This document shows positions 42,301 to 54,319 of a stretch of 64,000 nucleotides of DNA, one piece after another. How positions within the stretch are numbered: the first letter of the stretch is position 1; each line of letters begins with the position of its first letter. The stretch is from Paraphysomonas bandaiensis. Lineage: Eukaryota; Protista; Chrysophyceae. Location: assembly GCA_965644295.1 (NCBI GenBank), contig CBFFRP010000199.1, positions 248,001 through 312,000 of the forward strand. The letters are read 5' to 3'. The notes beneath the pieces are model-generated. The model was given only the letters and a program-made list of their open reading frames with translations. It was not told the DNA's origin and did not search any database. The position numbers and the translations under genes were made by a program.

Positions 42301-43210
42301 GGCGCGATGCATGTACTAGCTTTGGAATCCACATCGATCTAACTTCTAATGAAGCCTTGATATCATAAACATTATGATAGGCAACTAAAATTGAAAGCAG
42401 CTCCTCCACATGTGTCTCCCACGTGGTAAAGCACTTGCTGCGTTCCCCAACGCAAGGAAGACCCAGCATTGTCGCGAAGATAAGTGGAATCTGTCCTCCA
42501 CGCGCAAACAACTTCAAGACGTCCTCAATACAGAGCAGTGAATGTTGTGTGATATTAACCTGGTGAGTAGTCAGTCCAGATACCATACGCACAGAACAAG
42601 GACTGACGTTGGAATGAGAAATGGTATTCCTTTCACGATATCCCTGATGTACGATTACAGCATCAATTCCACATGCATTCAGCCAGTATCGAAGAGACCC
42701 ACTTGCAACACGAGACTGACTAACAAGAGTAAACACCTGCTCCGACTGCAGAGACACTAAAGTCTGCGTCATACTCACGCAAATGGACTGCTGATATGGC
42801 ATTTCCCATTCTCCAACATCCAATGGGCTAATAACAAGTGGACTGATCGTCATTGGATGATAAAATGTTGACACACTCGTGCAGTTTAGTTCGCTAAAAT
42901 GTCCCTTATAAGAAGTAGTACTAAATGCCATGAATGGATATTCATCGACTCGCCCTATGCACATATATAGTGCATGACTGGACACACTGGACCTGAATGT
43001 ACCCTGCAATCTATCATATGTTACCAGTGTACGGTCATTACTCTGATATTTCGAGTCACATATATCCAATACATCATGATAGGAACATATGGTTGTTCTG
43101 TTATCGGATGGAAGCCGATAGAAGTGGAGGTTAGATCGCTGTATCTGTTCGATATGTATATGAGTCAATAAATACAAAGAAGTCGCAAAGGATATCGCTA
43201 TGAATCCCAT
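39364..43210 (-). CDS. Signal-anchored PLOD1-3-like GT-A glycosyltransferase, multi-exon; probably two GT-like domains, the first degenerate
   Basis: Later exons give QKIVWYRD..NDILMMIDAYDV, PIVACAEYGIYPE, RFLNSGCIIGRA, DDQQVF..SIDV, HFNG; the 699-aa first exon has a hydrophobic N-terminus and a weaker copy (PIVVA..NPRAFVG..VRID). Confidence 0.78.
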
Positions 43211-43534
43211 GAGGGATAAGGGGAATAAGAGGGAAGGGTTACAAGTGAAGAGGAATAGAAGATATGAACATAAGTGAGTTAGAGAGCATTGTTACCATTG
43301 TTGTTAAGTAACATGCATATACATACACATCCTCCTGCTGTACATATACCAACATATGCCTACATTATATAGACTGGATACAGAGCTGTATACTCTGTAT
43401 ATTGTCCCCACATATACACAGGGAGATCTAGAGGTATACCGTATACTGCTGGCTGTATATAAGTACTGCTGTGTGGTGGTGTATGTACTAGCTACGCATA
43501 TCTGTATGGTGGATATCTATGTGATCGTGACCGG

Positions 43535-43998
43535 ATGGATGATCCTACTTTAGAATATACTGAATGAGATGCTGACAATGCAAATCCATTCAAGCGGATT
43601 GCAGAGCATGAACAGTAACTCTTTATTGACTTCTGCCGCTTGAACCTTACCCCCGGCCTAGTGCCATATTATAGTTATGACGCACTAACCTCATTACAGT
43701 GTAAGGAGAGATTAGTAGCTATTTACCAGCCGCTTTGAAGGATGATAAGGTGAAGTATATAGTGTATATGGATTATGTCTTGTTTCTAATTATAATTTCT
43801 GAATGTATGTAGTGCTTTGCTATATTGGGGTTGGAGTATTCCTACACATTAGACCTTGAGTCTGTTATACAATTGATACTTTGGACTTACAAGGCTGAAT
43901 TCAGGTTAAAGGCTCTGGTTTATAAAATAATGAGCAACATCAATTGTCAATATAATCCAGCCTTCCTAGCGTCTTGGTGAAACGATATGGTATTGTAA
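43535..43998 (+). pseudogene. Decayed protein-coding sequence with in-frame stops
   Basis: Frame MDDPTLEYTE*DADNANPFKRIAEHEQ*LFIDFCRLNL..YQPL*RMI (stops at 43565, 43616, 43736), an intron-like stretch, then 55 open codons from 43813 to TGA at 43978. Confidence 0.5.
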
Positions 43999-44291
43999 GG
44001 TTTATGATTTTTGTTGCATGCTTGTCATAGTCAGTAGCATTATGTGCTATTTATTGCGTTATTAGAACCAATTCATGTTATCTTTCATACATAGCGACAT
44101 GTTCTGTTGCTAAATTGGTTCATGGTGCAGATGGTGCGATATGTGATAAGTTCTAGCATATTTGCTTGTAGCGTTGTAACCATCCCTTATTTGTAACGTT
44201 TCTTGATGCCGTTGGTATTCGGTATTCTAAACAAACTTATATTCCTTAGTGTACATTAGATTTTATAGTTTCTTTGTTTCCCTGGGTAGTA

Positions 44292-44337
44292 TATTCACTT
44301 AGTAACACTTACTTCTATTCACTGAGTAACACTTACT
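44292..44337. repeat. Two-copy 22-bp direct repeat (24-bp period)
   Basis: tattcact(t/g)agtaacacttact at 44292-44313 and 44316-44337. Confidence 0.85.
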
Positions 44338-44684
44338 ATATATATAGATTTATTTCCTATTCGGAAATAAAATCTGAATCACGAGCTTCTGCTACATCAA
44401 GCTATAAATAAGTACAACTGAAATGATTTAGTATTTTACAGGTATGGTGATTTTTAACTTGTCATGCTTACTCTACATCATCGCCACGAGCTTTTCCAAC
44501 AGACAAAACAACGAAACAAGCAATATAACCTTAACTGTAGAACAGCTGCAGCTGTCATATTTCCGCAAGATATACAATAAAATAAACTAACTTTCATATA
44601 CAATTTTCGAAAAGAATAGCAACTAAAGATATATTTACAGATGGCAGTTTGACTACATAATATACGGAAAAATATCACGGGTGC

Positions 44685-45092
44685 CTACAGATCCTGCCGC
44701 TCTAGCAGTGTATTAACAAACTCATTATTTCCCAGTACGGTAGAGCGAAAGGATTTCATCGCCCTGGCAATCATTACTGCGAGGAGGTGTTTACATACGG
44801 CTTCTCTTCCCAAGATCTTAAACTTATCACAAAAACTTCGGCACGGACAGTAACGATATACAACACGATACATCGTCTCTCCACCTTTCACTAGCCAGAA
44901 ATGTCGTGATGTTGAAAAATTTTGAACTCTAGTTACACCTTTATTGTCAACTAAACCAATGGCGCGTTCAAGTAATGCAGTATCCGCCACAATAAATGAG
45001 AATATTGATAAAGCTTCTACAATATCACTATCTGATTTATTTTCTAATGAACTAACAACATATTCAAGATCAGAATATACAACTTTCTCCAT
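44685..45092 (-). CDS. ZSWIM7: SWIM zinc-finger protein SWS1/ZSWIM7 (Shu complex)
   Basis: ~135 aa; LLERAIGLVD, YCPCRSF..CKHLLAV (CxC..CxH SWIM motif); size and layout match SWS1. Confidence 0.8.
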   Translation of the reverse strand: MEKVVYSDLEYVVSSLENKSDSDIVEALSIFSFIVADTALLERAIGLVDNKGVTRVQNFSTSRHFWLVKGGETMYRVVYRYCPCRSFCDKFKILGREAVCKHLLAVMIARAMKSFRSTVLGNNEFVNTLLERQDL

Positions 45093-45532
45093 GAACAATG
45101 TTCATTCAGAGGTATGTCTCCAATGTAACTTACAGGACACAGTGTTTCAACTACTCAAGCATGAAGCAAGTCTCACATATATATATATATATAGCTATAT
45201 ACAGCAGCATACAGCAGAAGTATGATATAAAGAGTAGTAGTACTGTATACTATACCGTATACTCCTGTATATCACATTGATATATGGCCCCGTATTATTT
45301 GTGCTGGGTGGCCGTATACGGCGGTCTACATACTCTCCTACACTGGTGTATATATACAGGCATATCAACATATAAATTTTGAATGTTGTTGTATTAAACC
45401 TTCCTGGAGATATATACCATAACCAGACAAGCAAGAAGCTTCCAGCGTTAAGTATAGAGTATATAGAGAACATATATTCGTTTGACATTCTGCACTGGGA
45501 GGTTTCTAGAGCCCGTACAACGCAAAGGCACG

Positions 45533-46043
45533 ATGTCGCAGAGTATGGAAGCGACGAACTTCGAATCCCTTAGAATTTTTATGTTACTGTTGCATTTTGT
45601 ATGTACAGTACCATTGTATTGGACACAAGTAGATTCCGTACAAGTTACAACAGAAAGTGTTAACACAAGAGAAGAATATGGATATAATTATACGATATTG
45701 ATATCTTTTTCACTGTTTTGTATGCTCATCGAAGCTGTCGTTTTGAGTTTCTATTTACACACGATTAATCTTTTATATTGTATACATGTTATGCTTGATT
45801 GTATTGGTATTTTTTTTGCGTTATGGATTTCTCTGGATGGATTGGCGTGGCAAACATACATTGTGATTTCCACAGTTTGTGTGTAAGTAGGCTTGCGACA
45901 GCTTTGCTTGTATTTATGTTTGATGTAGGATCCTTCCGGCTTGTGTGGATATTGTGATCTCATTGCTCAGTGTCACACGCGGTGTTAAGGTTCGTTTCAA
46001 GCAGCCGCGTTATATACAAGGAAATCGATGTTGGCCATATTAA
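45533..46043 (+). CDS. TMEM107: Ciliary transition-zone protein TMEM107-like, 2 exons
   Basis: RIFMLLLHFVCTVPLYWTQVDSVQ..EEY..IEA..TYIVISTVCV|ILPA parallels TMEM107 (RFLTLLAHLV..LFWSRDSNIQ..EEY..TY..FC.ALPA); four hydrophobic segments. Confidence 0.72.
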
Positions 46044-47516
46044 TACTATTATGTATGTTAGGTGTTGTATTTCCTCACTATTTGATAATTCTAGCAGTTA
46101 ATCTATGTTCACCTCACTTCTTATTGCCACTATTTTATTTAATATGTTGGGAATGAAAAATATTGGCATACATAGTAGATAACATAGTAGATAATTGGGT
46201 TGAATAACACCTGCTAATGTGCTGTAGATTATACTATAGATTATAGATAACTAGACTGTAGTAAATTCGACAGTAGTGATATATCCTATAGGGTATTCAG
46301 GTATTCAACATAGGGGAGATGAGGTAGGTTTCTGAGTGAGATGAAGTAGCTGCATGACAAGCAATACCCTATTATCCTCCTATTAGTGCATATTCTGAAT
46401 TCTGAACGTGTTTCTTCCAAAGGGAATTTGATTCGAAATACATATTGTATTTTTGTAATTTGTACTACTAGCTTCAAAGTTTAAGAAAAGATCTGTCGTC
46501 TTTAAGTTGGACAAACAAATAAGACCAAGTGAAGCAATTGACGTCATCTATCGGTCACAACTCTTCCCAATGCCTGTGAGTCTATGCAAATGTTCCTGTG
46601 TCTCATATATCATACGAATCAGTAAGCACTCTGTCAAGCAGAATTACATATGCAGTTTAAAGGGAGGCTTCATTAAGGAATGTTTTAATCGGTATATTCA
46701 TTTTAATATTCATTGTAATCCAGCTGTTGTGCGACTGATACACTCATTTCTTAAGCACACATACCACGTGCCCAGCCACAGGGGATTCATGCAAGATTGT
46801 TACTCCATATATAACTAGATTTTAAAAATTAGCAGATTCGTTTGCTTATCCACATTCAAAACCACGCGTAACTGCTTCGAATTACATCTGGAAGCATACC
46901 ATCGCATTTTTGTGTCCTGTCTTTGGCTACGGGTTCATTGCTGGGGTATATATACTTCGAGAAGTGTTTAGACACCGCTTATTTGCCCACGCGTGCAGCA
47001 GTCAACCGTATCAGTTTGAAAATCAATATAATCTAAAGCTCAGTGGTAGTAACCCTCTTTAGACTGCTGACCCTAACCATAAACGACAACTCATCTTCGT
47101 AACCCCCCCGCTCGAGAAGAATCTTGAGTGGCTTACTATTCACAGTAGTTCAAATTGGGAAGGGGGGATGCAGGGAGATCATACTGCTTTCACAGGCCCA
47201 CCACAAGATACTCACCGACAGCACAGTACCAGGTTGCCTTAGATAAAAACCCGAACTTTCTGGTATAATAATTATTTATTTTTCCAATAAATATCCAGTT
47301 TTATTATATTTAGTTCTAAATTCATATATATTTAGATTTTTCTGTTCCATTTTACTGTATTTCCTATAGCTAAAACCGCAAGAAAGGTTCAGGAACAGGA
47401 ATGAATATGCATATCTAGATATTGTTAAGTATGATGCTGTGGTATGTGTATCTTTCCATACAATACAATCAGTCTATATATATCCTATATAACCCCCACT
47501 ATTATATATATCAATC

Positions 47517-48827
47517 ATGACAGAGACAACTACATCTCAAGATGGTCAAGCCAATACCTTTAAAACACAGATTGATTGGCGTAATCTGACAGCTGCTGAT
47601 AGCTCTCAAGTGTTTCAGTACTCTCATAGTTTAGGGCCACGAGACACTGCAAACAACAAAACATTTATAATGCCTCTAGATATGAGTGATGTAAAGAATA
47701 TTATTCGATTACATCGTACTATGTATCCAAGTATATTAATAGATGATGATGATGATTGTCCTCTTGCGCCTGAGGAAATGAAAGATATTATCAATGATCT
47801 TACTAACAGAATTGATACCTTTTTAAAAGGCTTAGTGGAGGAGGAGTCAGGCCAGGGATGGTTTTTAAAAACTAACAGACATTCATGCAAAGACTCCCCT
47901 CTGGATCACCCAACCGATAGTGACTTACACAGATATGCAATGGAATTGAGGAATCATCCTGTCCCATCGGAGGATATTGACATTGATTCTATCGATTTTG
48001 CACCATGCTTTGAGGCAATGTGCGTCTCTCGTATAAAAAGTACGGTAATGAAGTCTGGAGAAGATGTCATGAGTCTACTTTTACGCTCCAAACGAATTCA
48101 TGATGATTGCACAATACAGGTCAAACTCTGTCCTACACCATGGGACTTTTACTTAGCATTTACTGCTTTTAGAAATTCTATGGCTAGTCACCCTCTACAT
48201 GAGTTCAGGTGTTATGTTGTTGCTCGGAAGTTGCGGTGCATAGTTCAGTACTCTTATCTGATTGAGTGCCCAATTAGTCCGGTGTCGATGCCACATGCTG
48301 TGGCTCAAATGGCTGTGGTAGTACAGGAATACATGAAGAGTCTACCGGTGGGAGTAGCTGACGTTGCATTAGATTTACAATGTGTGCCACTGACAGAAGA
48401 TGGGGAAGAGTGGGGGGCGAATGTTATAGAGGCTAACCCTCTCGGACCTGGTACCGTATGGGGACTTGTGAATTGGGACCAAGATAGCCCATGGATTCTC
48501 CAAGATGCTGTCACGACTCCACCTTTCCCTGTAAGAGTGGAGGATACACAAGGCGGGGAGCGAAAGATAGAATGGTACACATACACAAATATCTCCACAG
48601 ACTCACTTGTGAGAATTGAAGATGTTAGAAACAGCGAGGCAGCTAATGTCGATATCGTGGTCATGTATACATCTCGACACCCTAAAGGTTTATCTCTAGG
48701 AGCCCTGGCACATGTACCTCCCGACTACATGCTTATTATATGGGAGCAATGGGGTATTGATAAACGTCAATCTATAGTACGTTCTGAGAAAACTATTGAA
48801 TCTCGACCTCAGTGTGTATTATCGTAA
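47517..48827 (+). CDS. CDC123/D123-like (R2K clade) ATP-grasp protein with C-terminal CaaX
   Basis: WFLKTNRHSCKDSP, LLLRSKRIHDD, EFRCYV, VALD, IEANP; ends CVLS*; intronless. Confidence 0.82.
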   Translation: MTETTTSQDGQANTFKTQIDWRNLTAADSSQVFQYSHSLGPRDTANNKTFIMPLDMSDVKNIIRLHRTMYPSILIDDDDDCPLAPEEMKDIINDLTNRIDTFLKGLVEEESGQGWFLKTNRHSCKDSPLDHPTDSDLHRYAMELRNHPVPSEDIDIDSIDFAPCFEAMCVSRIKSTVMKSGEDVMSLLLRSKRIHDDCTIQVKLCPTPWDFYLAFTAFRNSMASHPLHEFRCYVVARKLRCIVQYSYLIECPISPVSMPHAVAQMAVVVQEYMKSLPVGVADVALDLQCVPLTEDGEEWGANVIEANPLGPGTVWGLVNWDQDSPWILQDAVTTPPFPVRVEDTQGGERKIEWYTYTNISTDSLVRIEDVRNSEAANVDIVVMYTSRHPKGLSLGALAHVPPDYMLIIWEQWGIDKRQSIVRSEKTIESRPQCVLS

Positions 48828-49547
48828 CTCTGTGGATATGTGAATATTTACTAAATATTAGTAAACTATTTTGTCATATTATAGTTCACACGTGTATCAA
48901 TACGAGTTTATTTTGCTCATCGTTTTGTCATTACCAATCGTCAAAATATTATAGTTATGCACCTATTTCGACGACCAATATATGGTACTCTGATTGTCAG
49001 CAATATAGACCCTCAAGTAACACCAATGTTTTATTCCTATCAATAGTCTATATCGTGGTCTCCCTAACAACAAAATGATAATCAAAGACACAACTATTTG
49101 AGTTTCACTATCAATATTCTACATATAACATATAACATACAAGTACGTCACCTTGTTAGCTTATATCGTGTATTGCACTGGGCTCAGAGATCACTGTACT
49201 ACAGGTAGTTCAGATATTCATGAAGTTTTAGACGAACTAAGCAGTATACAGTTGGCACAGCTTTCGGACAACAATCTTGCAACATTTACTGGAAATATAT
49301 TGATGTGGATACAGTTGTATTGTAGTAGTAAATTTCTGGGCAAATTTTAGAGATTCGTTCATAATTATTACCCATCGTGACACAGTAATGTAATATCTAA
49401 GGGTAGCACAAACCTTCGCTACAACACATTCTCCTGTCGTCACATAGAATACAATTCAACATCTTTGGGAATTAATGGGACTACTTGAATGTCGTACGCA
49501 CACGAAGTTATGTCGTAGACCAATATAAGCCCGTAGAATACGTATAC

Positions 49548-50658
49548 TTATTGTTTATTAACCATTCTAGGAGGAACGCTTGGTGCTGTATACAAAAGGT
49601 TTGCGTCCTGATCATAGAATGCAACGGAAAGACCAGAAGATGTAGCAGTCACTGAAGAGAACCCCCCGATGATATGTTCTCCGATGTCCTTGCGGTTGTC
49701 TTTCGAGAGGTACCACTGAAGGTAATCCGTCGGAACATCATCCATATGCTCACTCTTGGTACAACATGTGTTACCAATCCCTGTCACAATATACATGATG
49801 TCGTTCTCGTCTCTTGTGCTCACCCTGTAACGACGGCTTTACTTCTCCTATTAATTGACGTCGAGGTTACTTACATGCAGTGGTCGTGTCCGGCCATATA
49901 GTGTGCACCATACTGAATCAGCATTGGGCGTAAGTTTTCGATAAGGTTATCGGTATTTCCGTGGGAGCAGAGGGAATAGATCGGATAGTGCCCTGCAACA
50001 AACAGGTAATCCGCAGTAGAAGCCTGAAGTTGGGCCTCTATCCAGCTCCACTGTTCAGCCGCTGCGCTTCGGGGACGATAAGGTAGCTTGTCATAATATC
50101 TCGGATCGTTCTCATCCTGAATCTCAGAATTACCAGCTAGGTCAACAGTGTCAATGAAAACAACGTCCATAGTTGTCCCATCCTCGGACTTGAAGGACTG
50201 GGTATGATACAAATTGGGAAAGTTCCACCGATCAGAGATCTCCGTAAAGGCGACCTCAGCAGATACATTACCATAGTGGTCGTGGTTTCCAGCCAAGAGA
50301 TACCATGGTACCTGAAGTGAATCTTGACTGTACACAGAGTTCCATGTATCCTCGAATCGATGACCAGTAGCATCACCCCGTATACCATCTAACAAAAACA
50401 TATAACATAACATACACAAAAAACATATATATATATACCAAAATAAAAATTATCTCCTAATGCAAAAATAGCACTTGCATTAATTTGTTGAGCTATATTA
50501 GCCATGCCATCAGCAGCTGCTTTCTGTCCAGGAGTTGAATAGGGGGGGAAAGGTATGCCACCCCAGTCACCGACCACTACAATATTAATAGAGGAGTCAG
50601 AGAGACTGACAGTCAGTCCTGCCAATAATAAAGTAGATTTTATAGTTGTTGTAATCAT
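49548..50658 (-). CDS. Purple / tartrate-resistant acid phosphatase (ACP5-like metallophosphoesterase), secreted, 3 exons
   Basis: Signal peptide; VGDWG, LGDNFY, AGNHD, VAGHYP, AGHDH metal-ligand motifs. Confidence 0.93.
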
Positions 50659-51091
50659 TATTAATAGATGTGTATTATAGTTTAAGGGATAGACTTCGAT
50701 AGAGTGATACACAGCTAGCCTGTTGAACATATCATACAGCAGTACATGCATACCACTATCACCATACCAGTCATATACATATAGGAAATTCCTACACACA
50801 GGTACACAGAGTGTATAGAGAGCAGTAGGTAGTACAGCAGTACATGCCTGCTACGAAGTACATACTATATACTATACTGTACTGGAATGTACACAGATAT
50901 GGACAATCTGTACAAACGCACAGTTGTATATAAAAAACTCTAGTTTTCCTATATAAAAAATAGGGGTTTCATAACATATACTTACATAAAAGTGACCTTT
51001 TCGTCTGCTGTGGTGCTGACCATGCCCTCATTCTTCACTGATATTGTGTGTTAATTACATGGCTATCTCATACCTATTAACATATCCGAAT

Positions 51092-52729
51092 ATGAAGCTC
51101 AAACTACGTGGAATTGTTACCTCTAAACGTAAACGTGCAGATAAAACAAATCATATCTCAGTGAAGCCATTACATGTAGAATCAGATGAGAGTAGGAGTG
51201 ATATAGAGGGTATACACAGGCCTATACAGTGTGTATGTAATCATACTGTAGATATAATGCCATGTATTGGTCAAATAGATATTATGAGCTTGATTACAAC
51301 ATCTTCTTATGTGGAAGGTATAGGAGAAACACTAGACAGTGCATCAGATAGCTCTAGACTACATGTTCAGGTGCATTCAATAAGACTACTGCGTGTGGCC
51401 CCTAGTCCTGATCAGGTCATGAAAGTAGTGAAGTTTGCTCGAGAAATGTTACCGGAATCTGGAAGCTTATCCCCCTGTGTTATGGAAGACTGTACTCTCG
51501 CGCTATCGCAACTTATATCACCCAACTTTTCTGTAGATAATTGGAACGATAATGCCGGTCGTGATTGCCTAGATTACCTCAGCCCCTTACTGACCGGAAC
51601 AATGACAATTAAGCGTCATTGTCACGCTATGTTCGATTACTCGTCAAGCGAGAGTAGAGACGCTGCGAAAAGTAGTAGTACTGACGCTTACAGTCGCCCA
51701 CCGAGAAAACGTGTTAGGAAAGTATCGAAAATAGAGCAGTGTTTACTCGAATGGTATGAATTAGAATTATTCAAATCTATATCAGAAGACATGAACGAAC
51801 GTTTACTAGTGAGATGTGGTGGGGAGGAGGGATGCACTGATAATTGGACTGATGATGCAGTAGGCTTCGCACCTCCTGCAAGCACGCAAGTGCCTTGCAA
51901 CCTTCCCGGGGGTGACGTGAGTGCTCCCTCCGCTAGGGGTCGACTCTCACGAGGAGAGTACCTCCACGGCAAGAAAGAGCCCCAAGTACGTTGGGTTGTT
52001 CATCGAGTAATGAAACTGATAGGCGTCGGAGTTGATGATAGGGAAAGTGACCTCAGAATGCCTGTTCATATTGTGGATGTTGGTGGTGGTCGGGGGGATC
52101 TTGCTGTGGGCCTAGCTCTAGCAATGCGGTCACACGGTGTGAGTGGTCGAGTGACAGTGGTAGATACGAATAAAGCCAGTCTTGCAGGAGGTGTGGAATA
52201 CGCCCGCGTGACAGGGGTAGACGACCTCATTTCATTCACAGAGGCAGATTTTCATGCGTACCAGCCATCTACTGTGGCAGATGAAGCAGTTGTTGTTGTC
52301 GCGTTGCACGCCTGTGGACACTTAACTGACCTCGCACTTGAGTATGCATGTCGCAATGCTGCCGGGTTTGTAATTGTTCCGTGCTGTTTCAGCAAGATTG
52401 TTGCGTCTGAATGGTGCGGGGGCTGGTGTGATGACCTCAGACGCGCAACTGAATGCAGTGCTACTGAACAGAATGTAAATGACAACCCTCTATCATCTCT
52501 GAAATGGAGAGACAGACTCGAAATCATTGGAAAGTGTGCTGAGAGCGAGCCAAGATGTTTTTCATGGCGAACAATGAAAGCTGTAAATACAATGCGACTT
52601 TTATGTATTCTTAGATCCAGCGGCGAGTTGTGCAGGGAAAATATATCAAAATGCTGGACGCTTTATCTGGAGTCTTTTTCAAGAAATTATAGTTTAAGAA
52701 ACATGGTGTTATGTGGAGACTACTCATAA
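51092..52729 (+). CDS. SAM-dependent methyltransferase (Methyltransf_32-like) with possible N-terminal OB-fold
   Basis: KKEPQV, IVDVGGGRGDLA (motif I), VVDTN, ALHACGHLTD, VPCCF, RNMVLCG; start ATG uncertain. Confidence 0.85.
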   Translation: MKLKLRGIVTSKRKRADKTNHISVKPLHVESDESRSDIEGIHRPIQCVCNHTVDIMPCIGQIDIMSLITTSSYVEGIGETLDSASDSSRLHVQVHSIRLLRVAPSPDQVMKVVKFAREMLPESGSLSPCVMEDCTLALSQLISPNFSVDNWNDNAGRDCLDYLSPLLTGTMTIKRHCHAMFDYSSSESRDAAKSSSTDAYSRPPRKRVRKVSKIEQCLLEWYELELFKSISEDMNERLLVRCGGEEGCTDNWTDDAVGFAPPASTQVPCNLPGGDVSAPSARGRLSRGEYLHGKKEPQVRWVVHRVMKLIGVGVDDRESDLRMPVHIVDVGGGRGDLAVGLALAMRSHGVSGRVTVVDTNKASLAGGVEYARVTGVDDLISFTEADFHAYQPSTVADEAVVVVALHACGHLTDLALEYACRNAAGFVIVPCCFSKIVASEWCGGWCDDLRRATECSATEQNVNDNPLSSLKWRDRLEIIGKCAESEPRCFSWRTMKAVNTMRLLCILRSSGELCRENISKCWTLYLESFSRNYSLRNMVLCGDYS

Positions 52730-54319
52730 GTGTTTTATCTAATCGATTTTGCTTTCACTATGAATTTACAGTGTACTACTGAACGTTCATAACAGTTTCT
52801 ATTGACCCACATGTCATAGCTCTATTTACTATTTAAACCCACTGGCGGAATGATTTATGAGTCTGTTCCGTGTGAAGTATCCGGCTATCAGAATTCAATT
52901 ACTTGCTGGAGTTTGATTCGTCTCTTTGATACTATCGTATGTAGATATGAGCTGTGATATTTGCTGGCGCAGTACATGATTGATTCAAATATAATAATAC
53001 AAAGTTTAGTGATATGCATGAGGTAGTTCAGACGTTCAGACCAGGCTGCTAGGAACGATATCTTGAATAGCAATATATTGTAAAATGTATTGATTTGCGG
53101 ACCGGCCAAATATTTTTTCAATTAGAGTAGATCACTAACTGAATTATATTGATTGTATAAGATTCTGTCCATTGTCCATCTACTAACTAGCTAAGATCCG
53201 ATAATATTGATCGATAGTAATGAGAGTATGACTTTAATGAATACCAATTCTAATGCAACATATTACAGATGTAAATCAGAACATATTATCAGATACACAT
53301 AGGTTTTTCATATATTTTCAATTGTACACCCAATACACCTCATTTGGAGTCATTGATTTAAGACATAAACATAAATATACAAAACTACTCACAAATAGAT
53401 TCAGCAGCAATAATATTCTTCACAACGAATTTGTTCGATCAAGAAATGTGGCTCTAACTACTTCTCTATCACCAGAGTGAGCGCGTTAAGATCACTATGA
53501 GCACAGTCACAGTTACACTTATATCAGTTAGTAAAAGAAGGGTACATGTCGTTAGCCCATGGTAGTCTGAGTAAGAAACGTTTGCAGCGGGAAGCGACCT
53601 CCATGTGCCTCCAGTCTCAAGAGCTTAAAATAGTGACACAGATAAAGATAAATCACTCCATTATACTACTATATATGTGAGTAATAGACTGATATCCATC
53701 TCTCCTGTAGTTAGATATGTATTAGCTAATATAATATCATATGAGGATATTTATATAGATTGAAGCTCTATAAGATCCATGTTTCTCTTCGTCTCAACCC
53801 TCAGTTGATGAGGAATATTCGAGAAATGGGAAAGGTATATATAAATGATATAGTTGGATCTTAGTTGAATGTTGTGTATGTGTGACATCTGTACATGTAT
53901 GTATGTATATAGTGATAGATACAGACTCAAACCTCGAACCCCTACTAAATATGGCAAAATATAGGATCCAACTCTACAAAACTCTATATATTGGATTTAA
54001 ATCAAATATAAAATGATAATATCCGGATATTCGTGAATTAGAAATTCGATTTTGGTTGGTTCTTCACTACAGTATACAGCAGTATGTTTGTGAGAACGTC
54101 TATGTGTTTTTTCTGTAAAATGTGGAAGGTACCGTACTCAAGCCCGCACCATAATGGTGTGGAACTATATAAGTGGTGATGATGAGTGACCAGTGGTATG
54201 TATGGTGTTGCTGGTGAGTAATAGATCCAGGGAGGTGGGTGTTGAAGGAGGAGCTCTCTCATCACAGCATGGTATCATACATACAGAACATAATAACAGC
54301 GAGAACATATCATAGTAGC

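Noticed and set aside
43584-43960. Resemblance to RNase MRP (ATAGTTATGACG) and U17/snR30 (GTATTCCTA) motifs, plus small hairpins
   Set aside because: MRP conserved regions are out of order or missing, there is no AAACCAT partner, and a decayed coding frame explains the region better.
46280-47000. Minus-strand protein-like fragments (e.g. GHVVCVLKK)
   Set aside because: Multiple stops and frameshifts, no family assignable.
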